Source of the DNA: a virus
Taxonomy: Duplodnaviria; Caudoviricetes
IMG/VR virus record: IMGVR_UViG_3300031801_001562
Length of the DNA stretch: 64,000 nucleotides
Direction: 5' to 3' (one strand)
Shown here: positions 1-10,026 of the stretch, piece after piece
Layout of the letters: each line of letters begins with the position of its first letter
Numbering within the stretch: position 1 is the stretch's first letter
Program-made: the position numbers and the translations under genes
The notes under the pieces: generated by a model
Seen by the model: only the letters and a program-made list of their open reading frames with translations
The model's database searches: none
Told to the model about the DNA's origin: nothing

Positions 1-1
1 T

Positions 2-571
2 TCTCCAACTTTTTCTAGTAGCAAATTTCATTCCTTTCTCTTTAGCCATTTGTCTTGCTAAATCAATTTCATGTTCATTATAATCAAAAATAATATATTG
101 CCAAATAGAATGGCCACCTGCTTCATTATATACATTTACATTTTCCCAAACCTTTTCCAAACTAACATTTTCACGATAATCATTTCTAGTAGCTCCGTCA
201 ATAGCCCAATGAACATAAAATCTTTTATCAGAATTTTTAGATAATAATCCAAGATGTTTCCAAAAATCTAAATGTCTGGTTCCACCATTTGTAGACATTT
301 CAATATCTCGAACTTTCTTTTCAAAAAGAAAATAAAATATAATTTCAACTAAATCTGGATTTATTATAGGATCACCTAAAACCCCACACATTTTTATTTT
401 GGTTTTAGTTAAATCTATTTTATCAAACCAATCCTGAATCTCTGAAATATTTAAATTATCTTTTAAATAATATTCTCCACGTTCATCAAGAATAGTTCTC
501 ATACATCCGGAACATTTTGCATTACAAAGAGAAGATAATTCTATTTCTATAATGTTTATATCAAATTGCAT
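2..571 (-). CDS. Radical SAM protein, runs off the left edge (not in ORF track)
   Basis: Manual translation from ATG at 571: MQFDINIIEIELSSLCNAKCSGCMR...GVLGDP...STNGG...WAIDG; CxxxCxxC motif, open to window edge. Confidence 0.9.
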   Translation of the reverse strand, partial: MQFDINIIEIELSSLCNAKCSGCMRTILDERGEYYLKDNLNISEIQDWFDKIDLTKTKIKMCGVLGDPIINPDLVEIIFYFLFEKKVRDIEMSTNGGTRHLDFWKHLGLLSKNSDKRFYVHWAIDGATRNDYRENVSLEKVWENVNVYNEAGGHSIWQYIIFDYNEHEIDLARQMAKEKGMKFATRKSWR

Positions 572-1700
572 CGAGTTCTTGAAAAACTTTTTTTGTTGTT
601 AAATCCGTTTCCCAATTACTTTCTTTTTGAGAAACAATTTCATATGTAAGATCATCAACCACATGCTTTGTAAACATAGGTTCAATATTTTGACTGGTTT
701 TTGTTACACACATTCCACATCCGCAAAATGTCTTAGGGCACGTAATCATCGGTATACGATTATGAACATATAATTCATGTTCTAAACCATCAATGATTTT
801 ATCAAATTCTGAAATCTTACCTAATGGTGCAACTTCTCCATCTAAATTAACCCCGCATGTTTGGTGAGTCCAAACTCTATCAGCTTCAGAATTTATAAAA
901 AGAAAATACCAATTGACCATACAATTCCAACCCACAAAATTAGTGCTAGGAAGGAAATAAGTATCCACACCATCAGCTTTGAAGCTTCTACCCCCGCAGC
1001 AAGGTCGACCAAGCCCGGTTTGACTGTTTCCTTTTTCGGTAACATTTTGTCCTTTCTGTTTCCAATAATTTCGAAACCATTTCATCTGTTCTCGATTATA
1101 ACGATGGGCATATCCTAATTTAATAGCCATTTTATCATTTTCTTCATCACCTATAATTCTGGGAACAAAATCTACTCCGTTTTTTTCTAACTTTTCACAA
1201 ACATCTATACATTCTTTAAAATAATCCTTATGAAACATTACATTAACTTTATACTTAGATCTTAAAGATATTGCATTTGATATACAAGTTTCTTTTTGTT
1301 TCTTTGTGGCTTCACCATGATATGATATAGTACCACCTGTTGTATAAGCATGTACTTGAGATAAAACCTTTTCACCAAACCACCCATTAGTAGTAAGACC
1401 TCTACTAAAATCTGGATATTCATATCTAATATCTTTTAAGAGTTTAAAAAAATCTGGATGAACAGTGGGTTCACCTCCAGTAAAACTTAATTTCTTTTTG
1501 GCAGGTTTTTTTCTAAAAGCATCATATAGCAGTGCATACTCTGCTATTCCTTCCATAGTTTTTTTTAAAGTTTCATATTTTATATATGGAGAAGTTTTAT
1601 TATTACGATGTGGTGGACAATAAGTACAAGCAAACGAACATCGGCGTCCTAAATCCCATATTATCTGATAACGATTTGATTTATCTTCTATACTATACAT
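561..1700 (-). CDS. Radical SAM protein with Cys-rich C-terminal (SPASM-like) region
   Basis: CSFACTYC, FTGGEP, TTNG; C-terminal PCCGGR...CMV...CPKTFCGCGMC; start reassigned to Met31 (1700), giving an 8-nt overlap with the upstream stop. Confidence 0.9.
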   Translation of the reverse strand: MYSIEDKSNRYQIIWDLGRRCSFACTYCPPHRNNKTSPYIKYETLKKTMEGIAEYALLYDAFRKKPAKKKLSFTGGEPTVHPDFFKLLKDIRYEYPDFSRGLTTNGWFGEKVLSQVHAYTTGGTISYHGEATKKQKETCISNAISLRSKYKVNVMFHKDYFKECIDVCEKLEKNGVDFVPRIIGDEENDKMAIKLGYAHRYNREQMKWFRNYWKQKGQNVTEKGNSQTGLGRPCCGGRSFKADGVDTYFLPSTNFVGWNCMVNWYFLFINSEADRVWTHQTCGVNLDGEVAPLGKISEFDKIIDGLEHELYVHNRIPMITCPKTFCGCGMCVTKTSQNIEPMFTKHVVDDLTYEIVSQKESNWETDLTTKKVFQELDAI

Positions 1701-2505
1701 ATCTACCAAATGCCCAATATCGTTCCTGACACCACCAACACTTTTTACAATGTCGAGTATGATGTTTTGTGTCCTCGATACTTCCTTCACAACTATATGT
1801 TAATGGAAATAAAGAATCTAATAATTCTTTATCTTTATATGCTTCTGCTTCCCATTTTTTATTAACATTTATAAATGGATTTATATAGTGTCTATATCCA
1901 TTTCGTTGTTCAACAATTTTATCAACTCCAGTGTCATCCCTAACACGTTCTTTGTTCTTAGGTATCGTTGAATCATCCGCTGGTGGATTTGAAGTGATTC
2001 CTGAATATAATATTTCAAATTTACGATGACGAAAATTATAATCATCTCTTTCCCAAAATATTTTTATTTCTCTCATATATTCATCATCTAATGGAGGATA
2101 ATAAACCTCGTGAGGTAAAATGAAATCAACACCCAAATCTTCCTCTATAAAGTCTATTACGTTTCCGGCATATATAGGATTGTTCGCCCGGCCTCTGCGA
2201 ACAGATATAGGTTGAAATTTAATATCTAATTTTTCATCACGTATTTTTTTACATAATAGATAAGCCAATAAAGAACTATCTGCCCCGCCAGACATCCATT
2301 GTCCTATAACATTAACAGGAATTTCTTCTATATCTGTAGAACCTTCAAACGAACCCAATTTAAATAAAAATTCTTCATTTTCATATGGTTCTTTATCTGC
2401 ATCTTTATATGAATCAAAAAAATCTTCTAAAACTTGTTGCTTTAATCGTTTTGTAGTTGATGGTATTTTAATTTCAACAGTTTTATTTAAATATGTTAAT
2501 TTCAT
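1693..2505 (-). CDS. QueC-like N-type ATP pyrophosphatase (PP-loop)
   Basis: SGGADS PP-loop; C-terminal TYSC...HCKKCWWCQER...AF matching the QueC zinc-site pattern. Confidence 0.75.
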   Translation of the reverse strand: MKLTYLNKTVEIKIPSTTKRLKQQVLEDFFDSYKDADKEPYENEEFLFKLGSFEGSTDIEEIPVNVIGQWMSGGADSSLLAYLLCKKIRDEKLDIKFQPISVRRGRANNPIYAGNVIDFIEEDLGVDFILPHEVYYPPLDDEYMREIKIFWERDDYNFRHRKFEILYSGITSNPPADDSTIPKNKERVRDDTGVDKIVEQRNGYRHYINPFINVNKKWEAEAYKDKELLDSLFPLTYSCEGSIEDTKHHTRHCKKCWWCQERYWAFGRYV

Positions 2506-3929
2506 AATTTATTATACCATTCTAACCATTCTAAATCTGGAAAAATTTTATTAAAATCTAAATCTCTTTTGTCTGATACTTTATAACACCATTCAACTGT
2601 TTCCGGTAATCTTTCGGACCAATCTTCCGAATTCATGAAAGAAGTAAGGCCTTCTAATCTTTTTATTCCGTAAGGAAGTATTTTCCATTCATCCCATGTT
2701 AAATTTTCAACACCATTACATTTGCGCCAATTATCTTTTAACCATTTTCCAAAATCTTTATATTTTAATGTTGTTTCCTTTTTAAACCAATCAGGTAATA
2801 CTTTACAATTTAATTGCGGAGGCCAATATGCAAGATGCAAATCTATCATGCCGGCACCCGCAGGAAATTTATTTAATATCTTCCAATCTTCTTCTAATTT
2901 CCAAGTTATAAATTCGGGTAAGTAAAAAATATTTAGTGCTGTAATACATGTTGCAGTTGTAAGTCTTAAATTATCATAAGGATAATCATCCATTTTATGT
3001 AATTGGTTTACAACTCTTTTCCACTTTGCAGGATATCGAATAAAATAATTTTGTTCTCCGTATGCATCTATACTAAAATGCATAATAACATTTTTAAATT
3101 CTTTCCAAAGATCAAATAAATTAGATTGCCATTCTATACCATTTGAATTATATCTCAGCTCAATATTTTTAGCATGACCCATTTCAATAATTTTTTCAAG
3201 AACTTCATAATGTTCATTCATTATAAGTGATTCTCCACCAGCCCAATATAACTGCCTTAATGTAGGGACTTGTTCGTAAAAGTCTTCCCAAAATTCCGGA
3301 TTTTTTTTATGCCAAGCATAACTTCCACCTGACCATGCTAATTTTCCAGATTCCTTTTCCCACTCCATACTAGACTTGAGTCTTTTATTTTCTAGAGTAG
3401 GCCAAATTTCTTTATATTCTTTTATCCATTTGCTACTATCATGAGGGCTACACATAACACATGCGAGCTGGCACTTATTACCAAGGCGAAGATCAATGTA
3501 CCTTATTTTAGGTGGTATAGCGCCGTCTGTTTCAGTTTCGCCAATGATCTCGTCGAGGCCAAGTTCATTAACCCACTTCGCGGTTTCCCATTGCCTTTTG
3601 CTTCTGTGACCAGCATCTTCTTCCTTAAAACATTTTAAACAAGATGATGGTTTTTCACCTCGCAACATCATTCTTCTGACACCTTTCATATATTCATTAT
3701 TCCAGGCATCTAATAATCTAGTTGTGGCTAAATTTGCTGGCTTACCATCATCTCTTTTAAGAACTCCGGCTTCCGAAACAGTTTTATTAGTAGAATCTTT
3801 ATCTTGTACCGCCGAAGCATTTGCAGTACAGCATACTCTCATATGACCCGATGGTCGAGTCGAAATATGCATCCATGGTAAAGCACAAAATGTTGAAGAT
3901 GGAGTTGGCGGATCATTATCTATTTTCAT
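2502..3929 (-). CDS. N-terminal twitch/SPASM-domain radical SAM protein
   Basis: FCALPW...VCC...CLKCFKEEDAGHRSKR then CQLACVMC, WAGGE, YNSNG, FSIDA. Confidence 0.92.
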   Translation of the reverse strand: MKIDNDPPTPSSTFCALPWMHISTRPSGHMRVCCTANASAVQDKDSTNKTVSEAGVLKRDDGKPANLATTRLLDAWNNEYMKGVRRMMLRGEKPSSCLKCFKEEDAGHRSKRQWETAKWVNELGLDEIIGETETDGAIPPKIRYIDLRLGNKCQLACVMCSPHDSSKWIKEYKEIWPTLENKRLKSSMEWEKESGKLAWSGGSYAWHKKNPEFWEDFYEQVPTLRQLYWAGGESLIMNEHYEVLEKIIEMGHAKNIELRYNSNGIEWQSNLFDLWKEFKNVIMHFSIDAYGEQNYFIRYPAKWKRVVNQLHKMDDYPYDNLRLTTATCITALNIFYLPEFITWKLEEDWKILNKFPAGAGMIDLHLAYWPPQLNCKVLPDWFKKETTLKYKDFGKWLKDNWRKCNGVENLTWDEWKILPYGIKRLEGLTSFMNSEDWSERLPETVEWCYKVSDKRDLDFNKIFPDLEWLEWYNKL

Positions 3930-3930
3930 A

Positions 3931-5106
3931 TTAACTGTCTAACCAGGATATTAAGTTGGGGTGAAGATAATCTCGGAAATTCTGATTACGAGATGAATCA
4001 AACAATTTTATTTCTTTAATCATCTTTTGTTTATCTTCTTGATTATTATCAATAGCATCTTGAATCATATTTAATAACATATGATCACTAAACTCTACAT
4101 TAAGAATTTTATTATATAATTTTTTTAATAAAAATATAGGTAATCTTTTTATACCTATACCTCTGAGATTGGGATATACTTCAGTAAAATAAATATTAAA
4201 TGAATCATTATTCCAGTTTATCAATTCATCTATATAAAATATATTTAATGAACTTACTACACAATTATATTTAATTTCTCTTATATTATAACATTTTTTA
4301 ATAAAATTAGCAATTGATTTTTCTACTTTTTTAAAAGTATATGGATATCTCACATATTCAAAATTTTTCCCTATTGAATCAATCGATATTGTAAAATATA
4401 ATCCCTTGAAGTCGTTAAGAATATCACAAATTTTATTAGTAAATAAAGACCCATTCGTTGTTACATTTAAATTTAACCCATCTTTTTTTAGCGGTATCAT
4501 GGCATTAATAAATTGTTTATTAAAAAGAGGTTCTCCTCCAGTTACTTTTAATGCACCAATTTTGTGTATATTATTGATCACCCACTCCCATTGGGGCAAT
4601 TCTACTGAGCTTAATATATCACTAGAAGAAAAAAATCCATCAGTTACCGAAGTGATATCATCAATGCTTTCATGGCGTTTGAAATAATTAAAATCTTTTT
4701 GAAGTAAGCTTGAAGCCATCGGGGAACACATTCGGCATGCCATATTACATTTATTATCTAATAAAAAATGTACCATTAATCCGAGAGTGTCTTTATCAAT
4801 TTTGTCAGGATTTAATCTGGGACTATGTGGTCCTGTTTTTTCTCGGTCCCAACAAAATTTACACCTTTTATCTTTTACGCCCTTTAGGTGGTTATCCTGC
4901 AGGGTTCGATAATTTGAAGAATCAATTATTTGTTCCGGATTTAATTCCGAATCATTGGATTGCCATTCAAGGGGGTTTGGTATTTTTTGAATAGGGCAAT
5001 GGCTTTCATTATTTTTAGTTATAGCCTCACAGGGCATAAAAAGAGGAAAATCTTTTTTTCGATTTATAAAAAAAACAGATTTAAATGGTAAATCACAAAG
5101 AGGCAT
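3931..5106 (-). CDS. N-terminal twitch-domain radical SAM protein
   Basis: LCDLPF...CKFCWDREKTGPHSPR; CNMACRMC; TGGEP; TTNG; ISIDS. Confidence 0.9.
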   Translation of the reverse strand: MPLCDLPFKSVFFINRKKDFPLFMPCEAITKNNESHCPIQKIPNPLEWQSNDSELNPEQIIDSSNYRTLQDNHLKGVKDKRCKFCWDREKTGPHSPRLNPDKIDKDTLGLMVHFLLDNKCNMACRMCSPMASSLLQKDFNYFKRHESIDDITSVTDGFFSSSDILSSVELPQWEWVINNIHKIGALKVTGGEPLFNKQFINAMIPLKKDGLNLNVTTNGSLFTNKICDILNDFKGLYFTISIDSIGKNFEYVRYPYTFKKVEKSIANFIKKCYNIREIKYNCVVSSLNIFYIDELINWNNDSFNIYFTEVYPNLRGIGIKRLPIFLLKKLYNKILNVEFSDHMLLNMIQDAIDNNQEDKQKMIKEIKLFDSSRNQNFRDYLHPNLISWLDS

Positions 5107-5109
5107 TTT

Positions 5110-5778
5110 CTAAACATAATTAACACTGATTTGCTTATTGCGCTTTAATGATGGAAATGTAAAAGTAGGATCGCTGTGATGTTCTCGTCTATCTCTTTTT
5201 GTATCTGCAACACCAACACCCATTAACAATACAGGGCTCTCTCCTAAAATATCTTTAACAGCTTGAGAATCCATACACTTACAACAACCAGTGGAATAAC
5301 CCATCTGCGTTGCTATAACATTTACGTAGCCGGCTGAAATACCAATCGCCATTGCACGATCTTCTTCATAATCATCATCCTCTTCTCTTACTTGAGTAGG
5401 TTCATTTTTAGTAAATGCCAATAGCATTTGTCCTAAAACTTGAGGATTAGTATACCAATCGCCCTCTCCATCACCTTCTTCAAAGTGAGCTCGACCGTCT
5501 TTAGATCTTTCATGAGGAGATTTGTTCGCATCATAGGTTTTATAGATTGGTCCAAAGCCTTCTGTGTGTGAATGAATTTTTTCAATCATATCTCGATCTT
5601 CAATAACGTGAAGATTAAAATAGTTAAGATTTTGTTTTGAAGGAGAATTAGTTGCGGCCTCAACAATTAAATCTTTATCTTCTTGAGGAATGTCTTTACT
5701 TAAATCCCAATTCCTCTGACACTTTTGAGATTCATGAATCGTTTCTCGCAGCATCTTATTAAATGAACCATGTGCCAT
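5110..5778 (-). CDS. Nitroreductase-family flavoprotein
   Basis: CQRNWD...IP...AATNSPSKQN N-terminal FMN-binding signature; ATQMGYSTGCC; LLMGVG. Confidence 0.8.
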   Translation of the reverse strand: MAHGSFNKMLRETIHESQKCQRNWDLSKDIPQEDKDLIVEAATNSPSKQNLNYFNLHVIEDRDMIEKIHSHTEGFGPIYKTYDANKSPHERSKDGRAHFEEGDGEGDWYTNPQVLGQMLLAFTKNEPTQVREEDDDYEEDRAMAIGISAGYVNVIATQMGYSTGCCKCMDSQAVKDILGESPVLLMGVGVADTKRDRREHHSDPTFTFPSLKRNKQISVNYV

Positions 5779-5802
5779 AATTATTTCCTTATTAAATTTT
5801 TA

Positions 5803-6132
5803 TTAATCAATAATCTGTTCCATAACATCTGAAACGGTATAACTTATATTATATTTATGCATTAATCTTTTTTGATCATTTCTTAATTTTATACTATTAT
5901 AATATTCTTCTTGTGTTTGATATATGTGTGTTAATATACCGATATTAGGCGGGGTAAAGGTTAAGAAAAAGTGTTCATGACCATATTGCTCCATAAGTTT
6001 AAAATTATATATTCGTAAAGGATCTTTGTTTTGGGGCACCAACGATATTTCAAACCATTTTTTAAATTCATATTTATTTTTAAATGCTTTATCAGAACAC
6101 GTTATTATTGTTTGTATAATATATCTATTCAT
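5803..6132 (-). CDS. Hypothetical protein (109 aa)
   Basis: ORF fills the gap; start reassigned to Met60 (MNRYII), 8-nt overlap with the upstream stop. Confidence 0.6.
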   Translation of the reverse strand: MNRYIIQTIITCSDKAFKNKYEFKKWFEISLVPQNKDPLRIYNFKLMEQYGHEHFFLTFTPPNIGILTHIYQTQEEYYNSIKLRNDQKRLMHKYNISYTVSDVMEQIID

Positions 6133-6649
6133 TATTCTCCGGAATAATCCATGGATAATCAATATTACTTGGTGCCGAAAAATAGTTAAGAGACCAACGA
6201 TTATTCTTACATTCAACTTTATGTTCCATTGCCGGCTTATTAAATTGTTTTGCTCCCATATCGCCGAGCCAAATAAACAATCCATAATCCAACTCTTCCC
6301 ATTGTTCATTTATTTTAAGATACATTCCAGGATAAATGTTATAAAGAAAAGATAACATTCCTCTATCTGTATGCTCTCTAATATAACCTTTATTATATTT
6401 TAATATCGAAGCTTTAAAGTTTTTTGTATTTTCATATAAAGGATCATCTAAAATATCCATATTTAAATTATACATTTCACTACACCATTTTTCAGCCTTC
6501 ATTTCTAGAAATGGAGTCCAATCATACATTTCCATTTTCCAATAGTTATCGTGAAAGTTATTCCATTCTACATTATCAAATTCTTTAATAGGGATATCAA
6601 TTTGATAATCTATTTTACAATATCCTTTATCTAATATTTTATCTATCAT
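6125..6649 (-). CDS. Small Fe(II)/2-oxoglutarate oxygenase (IPNS-like fold)
   Basis: Y...HTD...LSFL...GD...H.V...RWS.NYF = HxD...H triad plus RxS motif. Confidence 0.8.
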   Translation of the reverse strand: MIDKILDKGYCKIDYQIDIPIKEFDNVEWNNFHDNYWKMEMYDWTPFLEMKAEKWCSEMYNLNMDILDDPLYENTKNFKASILKYNKGYIREHTDRGMLSFLYNIYPGMYLKINEQWEELDYGLFIWLGDMGAKQFNKPAMEHKVECKNNRWSLNYFSAPSNIDYPWIIPENNE

Positions 6650-7121
6650 AAAATTCTTTAAAAAGTTTTTTACCTATTTCTAAATTATTAAATAAATCTT
6701 TTATATTATTATTACCTACTTCATCGGTAATATATTTGTAACATTCAAAACCTACGAGAAATTCATCACATATTTCTTTTAAGAAAAAGGCTTCACAATC
6801 TACTAAATCTGGATTTGAAACATTTTGAGAAACAACTTTTTTTGTAACATACTTACCTTGAGATAAGAGAGTCAATCCTATATTGTTACCTAAAATTTTG
6901 TTTCCATGTTTAAATGTAGTAATTTGATGTAAGCCTCTTAGACCTGAAACATATGTTCCACAAGAACCATAATTTACTATTCGTGTTAATAACTGTTGAG
7001 TCAACGATAAAGATTGTAAATAATTTCTTAAACTTTCTTTACATTTTTTTTCGCCGATTCCTAATAAAATATCCGGATTATCATATTCCTCCGGCATTGC
7101 TACTGCTAATATGTTTCGCAT
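6639..7121 (-). CDS. MTA/SAH nucleosidase-like (nucleoside phosphorylase fold)
   Basis: AVAMPEE, GIGE, IVNYGSCG, VDCEA (cf. VDMEA), KYITD (cf. catalytic Asp in xISD). Confidence 0.7.
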   Translation of the reverse strand: MRNILAVAMPEEYDNPDILLGIGEKKCKESLRNYLQSLSLTQQLLTRIVNYGSCGTYVSGLRGLHQITTFKHGNKILGNNIGLTLLSQGKYVTKKVVSQNVSNPDLVDCEAFFLKEICDEFLVGFECYKYITDEVGNNNIKDLFNNLEIGKKLFKEFYDR

Positions 7122-8215
7122 ACACTATCGTAAATGGTTTGACATTCTTTCGGCATTCCCCATTTTTGAAAATACTTATAAAATTTTATATATTGATTTG
7201 TATATTCTGGATTATTTTTTTCACTAAACATGAATTCAGAAACCTTGTCTAATTTTTTATCTAATTTATTTGATATTAATTCTTTTGTAATATCTGGTAA
7301 ATGTAAAATACTTAAATAATGAGGTTTTAATATTAAATCTAATGCGTGGTTTTCGCCTTCCATACCGTAATGAATTGGAAGGTCTATCCAATTGATTAAA
7401 TCATTTAAACCTAGAATAGAAAAATTATGAATTACAGAATTATAAGAAATGTTTGTTGTATAATTCATCCATTTTGCAGAATTAATTTTAAAATCTTTTA
7501 TATTTAAACCGCGTCTATTCCATTCACCTAATTTACCAATAGAATCTATACTTAATACTAAAGAAATCTTTTTAAATTTGGGCAAATAATATTGCCATTT
7601 TTTATTTGGAAAAACAGAATTATTTGTGTTAATAAACAATTCAACATTTTGAATAATTTTTTGATCTTCTAAAACTTTAAAAACTTTTAAAAAATTATCT
7701 TCTATTAGTGGCTCTCCTCCAAGGATTCTTAATAATGTTAAATTTTCTAGATTTACATTGAACAAATCATATGGAGAAGTTAAATGTTTTTGAGGAGATA
7801 TTTGTCCAACTTTATCTACTCCAATATTATTTAATGCTATATCATCCTCATACCAATTTTGACTAAAATGGCTGCAACACATGATGCATTGAAAATTACA
7901 TTTATTACTTAAACATAATTCTAATTCTCTTATAGAAGGAGTTACAACGTGAGGATATTTTTCATTCCAATAATCTCTATGACTAGGATTACCGTTTTTA
8001 GCATCAACTTTACATTCTATACATCCAGGAATATCTTCATTGGTAACCATTCGCATACGAAAATTATAGTATTCTTTACCATCAAAAAATTCTTGAAGAT
8101 TTTTATGAGTTTCACCAATTTTTACATTCTTAAATCTATTAAAATATGTTGAACAAGGAACTACACTTCCATTTTCATCTTGTCTTATTGCCACCCATGG
8201 CGCACTACATCTCAT
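7106..8215 (-). CDS. N-terminal twitch-domain radical SAM protein
   Basis: MRCSAPW...PCS...CIECKVDAKNGNPSHR; CNFQCIMC; LGGEP; start Met12 gives an ATGA overlap. Confidence 0.9.
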   Translation of the reverse strand: MRCSAPWVAIRQDENGSVVPCSTYFNRFKNVKIGETHKNLQEFFDGKEYYNFRMRMVTNEDIPGCIECKVDAKNGNPSHRDYWNEKYPHVVTPSIRELELCLSNKCNFQCIMCCSHFSQNWYEDDIALNNIGVDKVGQISPQKHLTSPYDLFNVNLENLTLLRILGGEPLIEDNFLKVFKVLEDQKIIQNVELFINTNNSVFPNKKWQYYLPKFKKISLVLSIDSIGKLGEWNRRGLNIKDFKINSAKWMNYTTNISYNSVIHNFSILGLNDLINWIDLPIHYGMEGENHALDLILKPHYLSILHLPDITKELISNKLDKKLDKVSEFMFSEKNNPEYTNQYIKFYKYFQKWGMPKECQTIYDSVCETY

Positions 8216-8961
8216 GACCAATCCCCCATGGTATTTGGGTCTGGACATCGACGAAATTGTCTATCATATTCTTTATAATGATCTAAAGACCTTTCTGTTA
8301 ATCCGCTTTCGAGTTTTATCATCTCTTGTAATCGATTAATTTTAGTGCTTCTAACAATTGGATTAACACCTTTAGATAATAACCAATCAAGCATAACACC
8401 TGATGAGATTGATGTCTCACCCGGCAAAGACGGAGGTTTACCTCTACAAATGGAAGAATAAGACTGTACTTCAATGTTATGACGTTTACATTCATTAATT
8501 AATTCATCATTCTGACAAAATATATTCAATTCAAATTGATTTATATCAGGTGGTATTTCACATATATCTAATAATTTTTGAAGATGTTTAATTGTAAAAT
8601 TACAGACACCTATTTTTTCAACTTGGCCTTCATTTTTAAGATGTTCAAATGCTCTCCATGTTTCTTTTAATTCTTTTAATGGTAAAACGGGCCAATGTAT
8701 TAAATATGTTGTTATACTTAAATGTTCACTAGATTTTTCAAACTCCTCAATAACATTTTCATATCCCCATTTAAAATAATCTAATTTGGACTGGACTTGA
8801 AAGATACCCTCAAGATCATTACCAACTTCTTTCTCATTTAAATATACAGGAGCAGTATCAAAAGTATCAAAGCCGGCTTTTATAGCATCTTCAATTCCAG
8901 TACCTTTACCTTTTAAAGCGTGACCATCATCGCCCCACTTTTCAACTGTTCCAAATATCAT
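8212..8961 (-). CDS. Aldo/keto reductase
   Basis: FDTAPVYLNE (Asp/Tyr), VQSKL (Lys), YLIHWP, IGVCNF, NQFE. Confidence 0.9.
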   Translation of the reverse strand: MIFGTVEKWGDDGHALKGKGTGIEDAIKAGFDTFDTAPVYLNEKEVGNDLEGIFQVQSKLDYFKWGYENVIEEFEKSSEHLSITTYLIHWPVLPLKELKETWRAFEHLKNEGQVEKIGVCNFTIKHLQKLLDICEIPPDINQFELNIFCQNDELINECKRHNIEVQSYSSICRGKPPSLPGETSISSGVMLDWLLSKGVNPIVRSTKINRLQEMIKLESGLTERSLDHYKEYDRQFRRCPDPNTMGDWS

Positions 8962-10025
8962 ATATTATACATTATAATGGGTGGGACATTGTCAGTTATT
9001 TTACCCATATCCTCTAAGAGATATTCAGAAGGTAGAGCTCGCTTATATTCATCTTCAAATTCCGGTAAAAAATCTAATAATGATTTATTATATTGAACAT
9101 CGCGCACTTTTAAAAAACTCATGGCTGATTTAAATTTGCCTAAATCTGGTTCAGCATGTTTAAAAGATTTTGTTAACTGGTGGCTTTCACTATTTTGAAG
9201 CTTATATGGAATAGGTAAATTTATAGCATCTAAAATACTAGGTATCATCAATCTATTAACTGTAGTTAATGTTTTCCCAAATTCACCAGACACATAATTT
9301 TTAATATCATTTAAATACTTATAATTCATCATTTGCATGGTACAGTAGAAATCTATATCAAAGTATTCCGCATATTTTTTTACATTTAAATGTTTTTTAG
9401 TAAAATTGGAACCTTGACGAATATAATCATCTAATTGCCCAACACCATCTATCGAAACTATAAATTTAATTTTCTTCTTAGTTAATTTATATAACCATTT
9501 GGGAAAAACGGTGGCATTAGTTATGAGTACAAATTCTGCATCAAGATTAAATAGTGCGTCTTTTACACTTTTCATTAATAATGCTTCGCCTCCTATAAAC
9601 CCAATTTTTTTAATATCTTTAAATTCATCAATATTATAATTCCAATTATCTATTAATGGTCCATATCTGGAAGACCTTTCAGGACCACAACCAGCGCATC
9701 GTAGGTTGCATTGATTACCAATTTGATTTAAATTAATATGAGTTAATTCTTCCTTAGGTGGCTTAATAAAAGGAATTCTAGGAGACGTTTCATTAGAGTT
9801 TTCTAATTTTATACAAAATTGGCACATGTCTTGTATATCAGAAGAAAATATGCCATTAGCCATATCTGATCGAATATTTTTTAATAAAGAACTATTAAAG
9901 AAATTATTCGGCGATGAATTATGATATTTTGGATATACTTTAGACCAAGAACAAGTTTGATAATCCCCTTCCATGGTCATGTTTAACATGCTATATGGAA
10001 ATTCACATGTGAAGTTTTTAATCAT
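8958..10025 (-). CDS. N-terminal twitch-domain radical SAM protein
   Basis: CEFPY...TCSW...CQFCIKLENSNETSPR; CNLRCAGC; IGGE; VSIDG; YIRQGS. Confidence 0.88.
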   Translation of the reverse strand: MIKNFTCEFPYSMLNMTMEGDYQTCSWSKVYPKYHNSSPNNFFNSSLLKNIRSDMANGIFSSDIQDMCQFCIKLENSNETSPRIPFIKPPKEELTHINLNQIGNQCNLRCAGCGPERSSRYGPLIDNWNYNIDEFKDIKKIGFIGGEALLMKSVKDALFNLDAEFVLITNATVFPKWLYKLTKKKIKFIVSIDGVGQLDDYIRQGSNFTKKHLNVKKYAEYFDIDFYCTMQMMNYKYLNDIKNYVSGEFGKTLTTVNRLMIPSILDAINLPIPYKLQNSESHQLTKSFKHAEPDLGKFKSAMSFLKVRDVQYNKSLLDFLPEFEDEYKRALPSEYLLEDMGKITDNVPPIIMYNI

Positions 10026-10026
10026 A

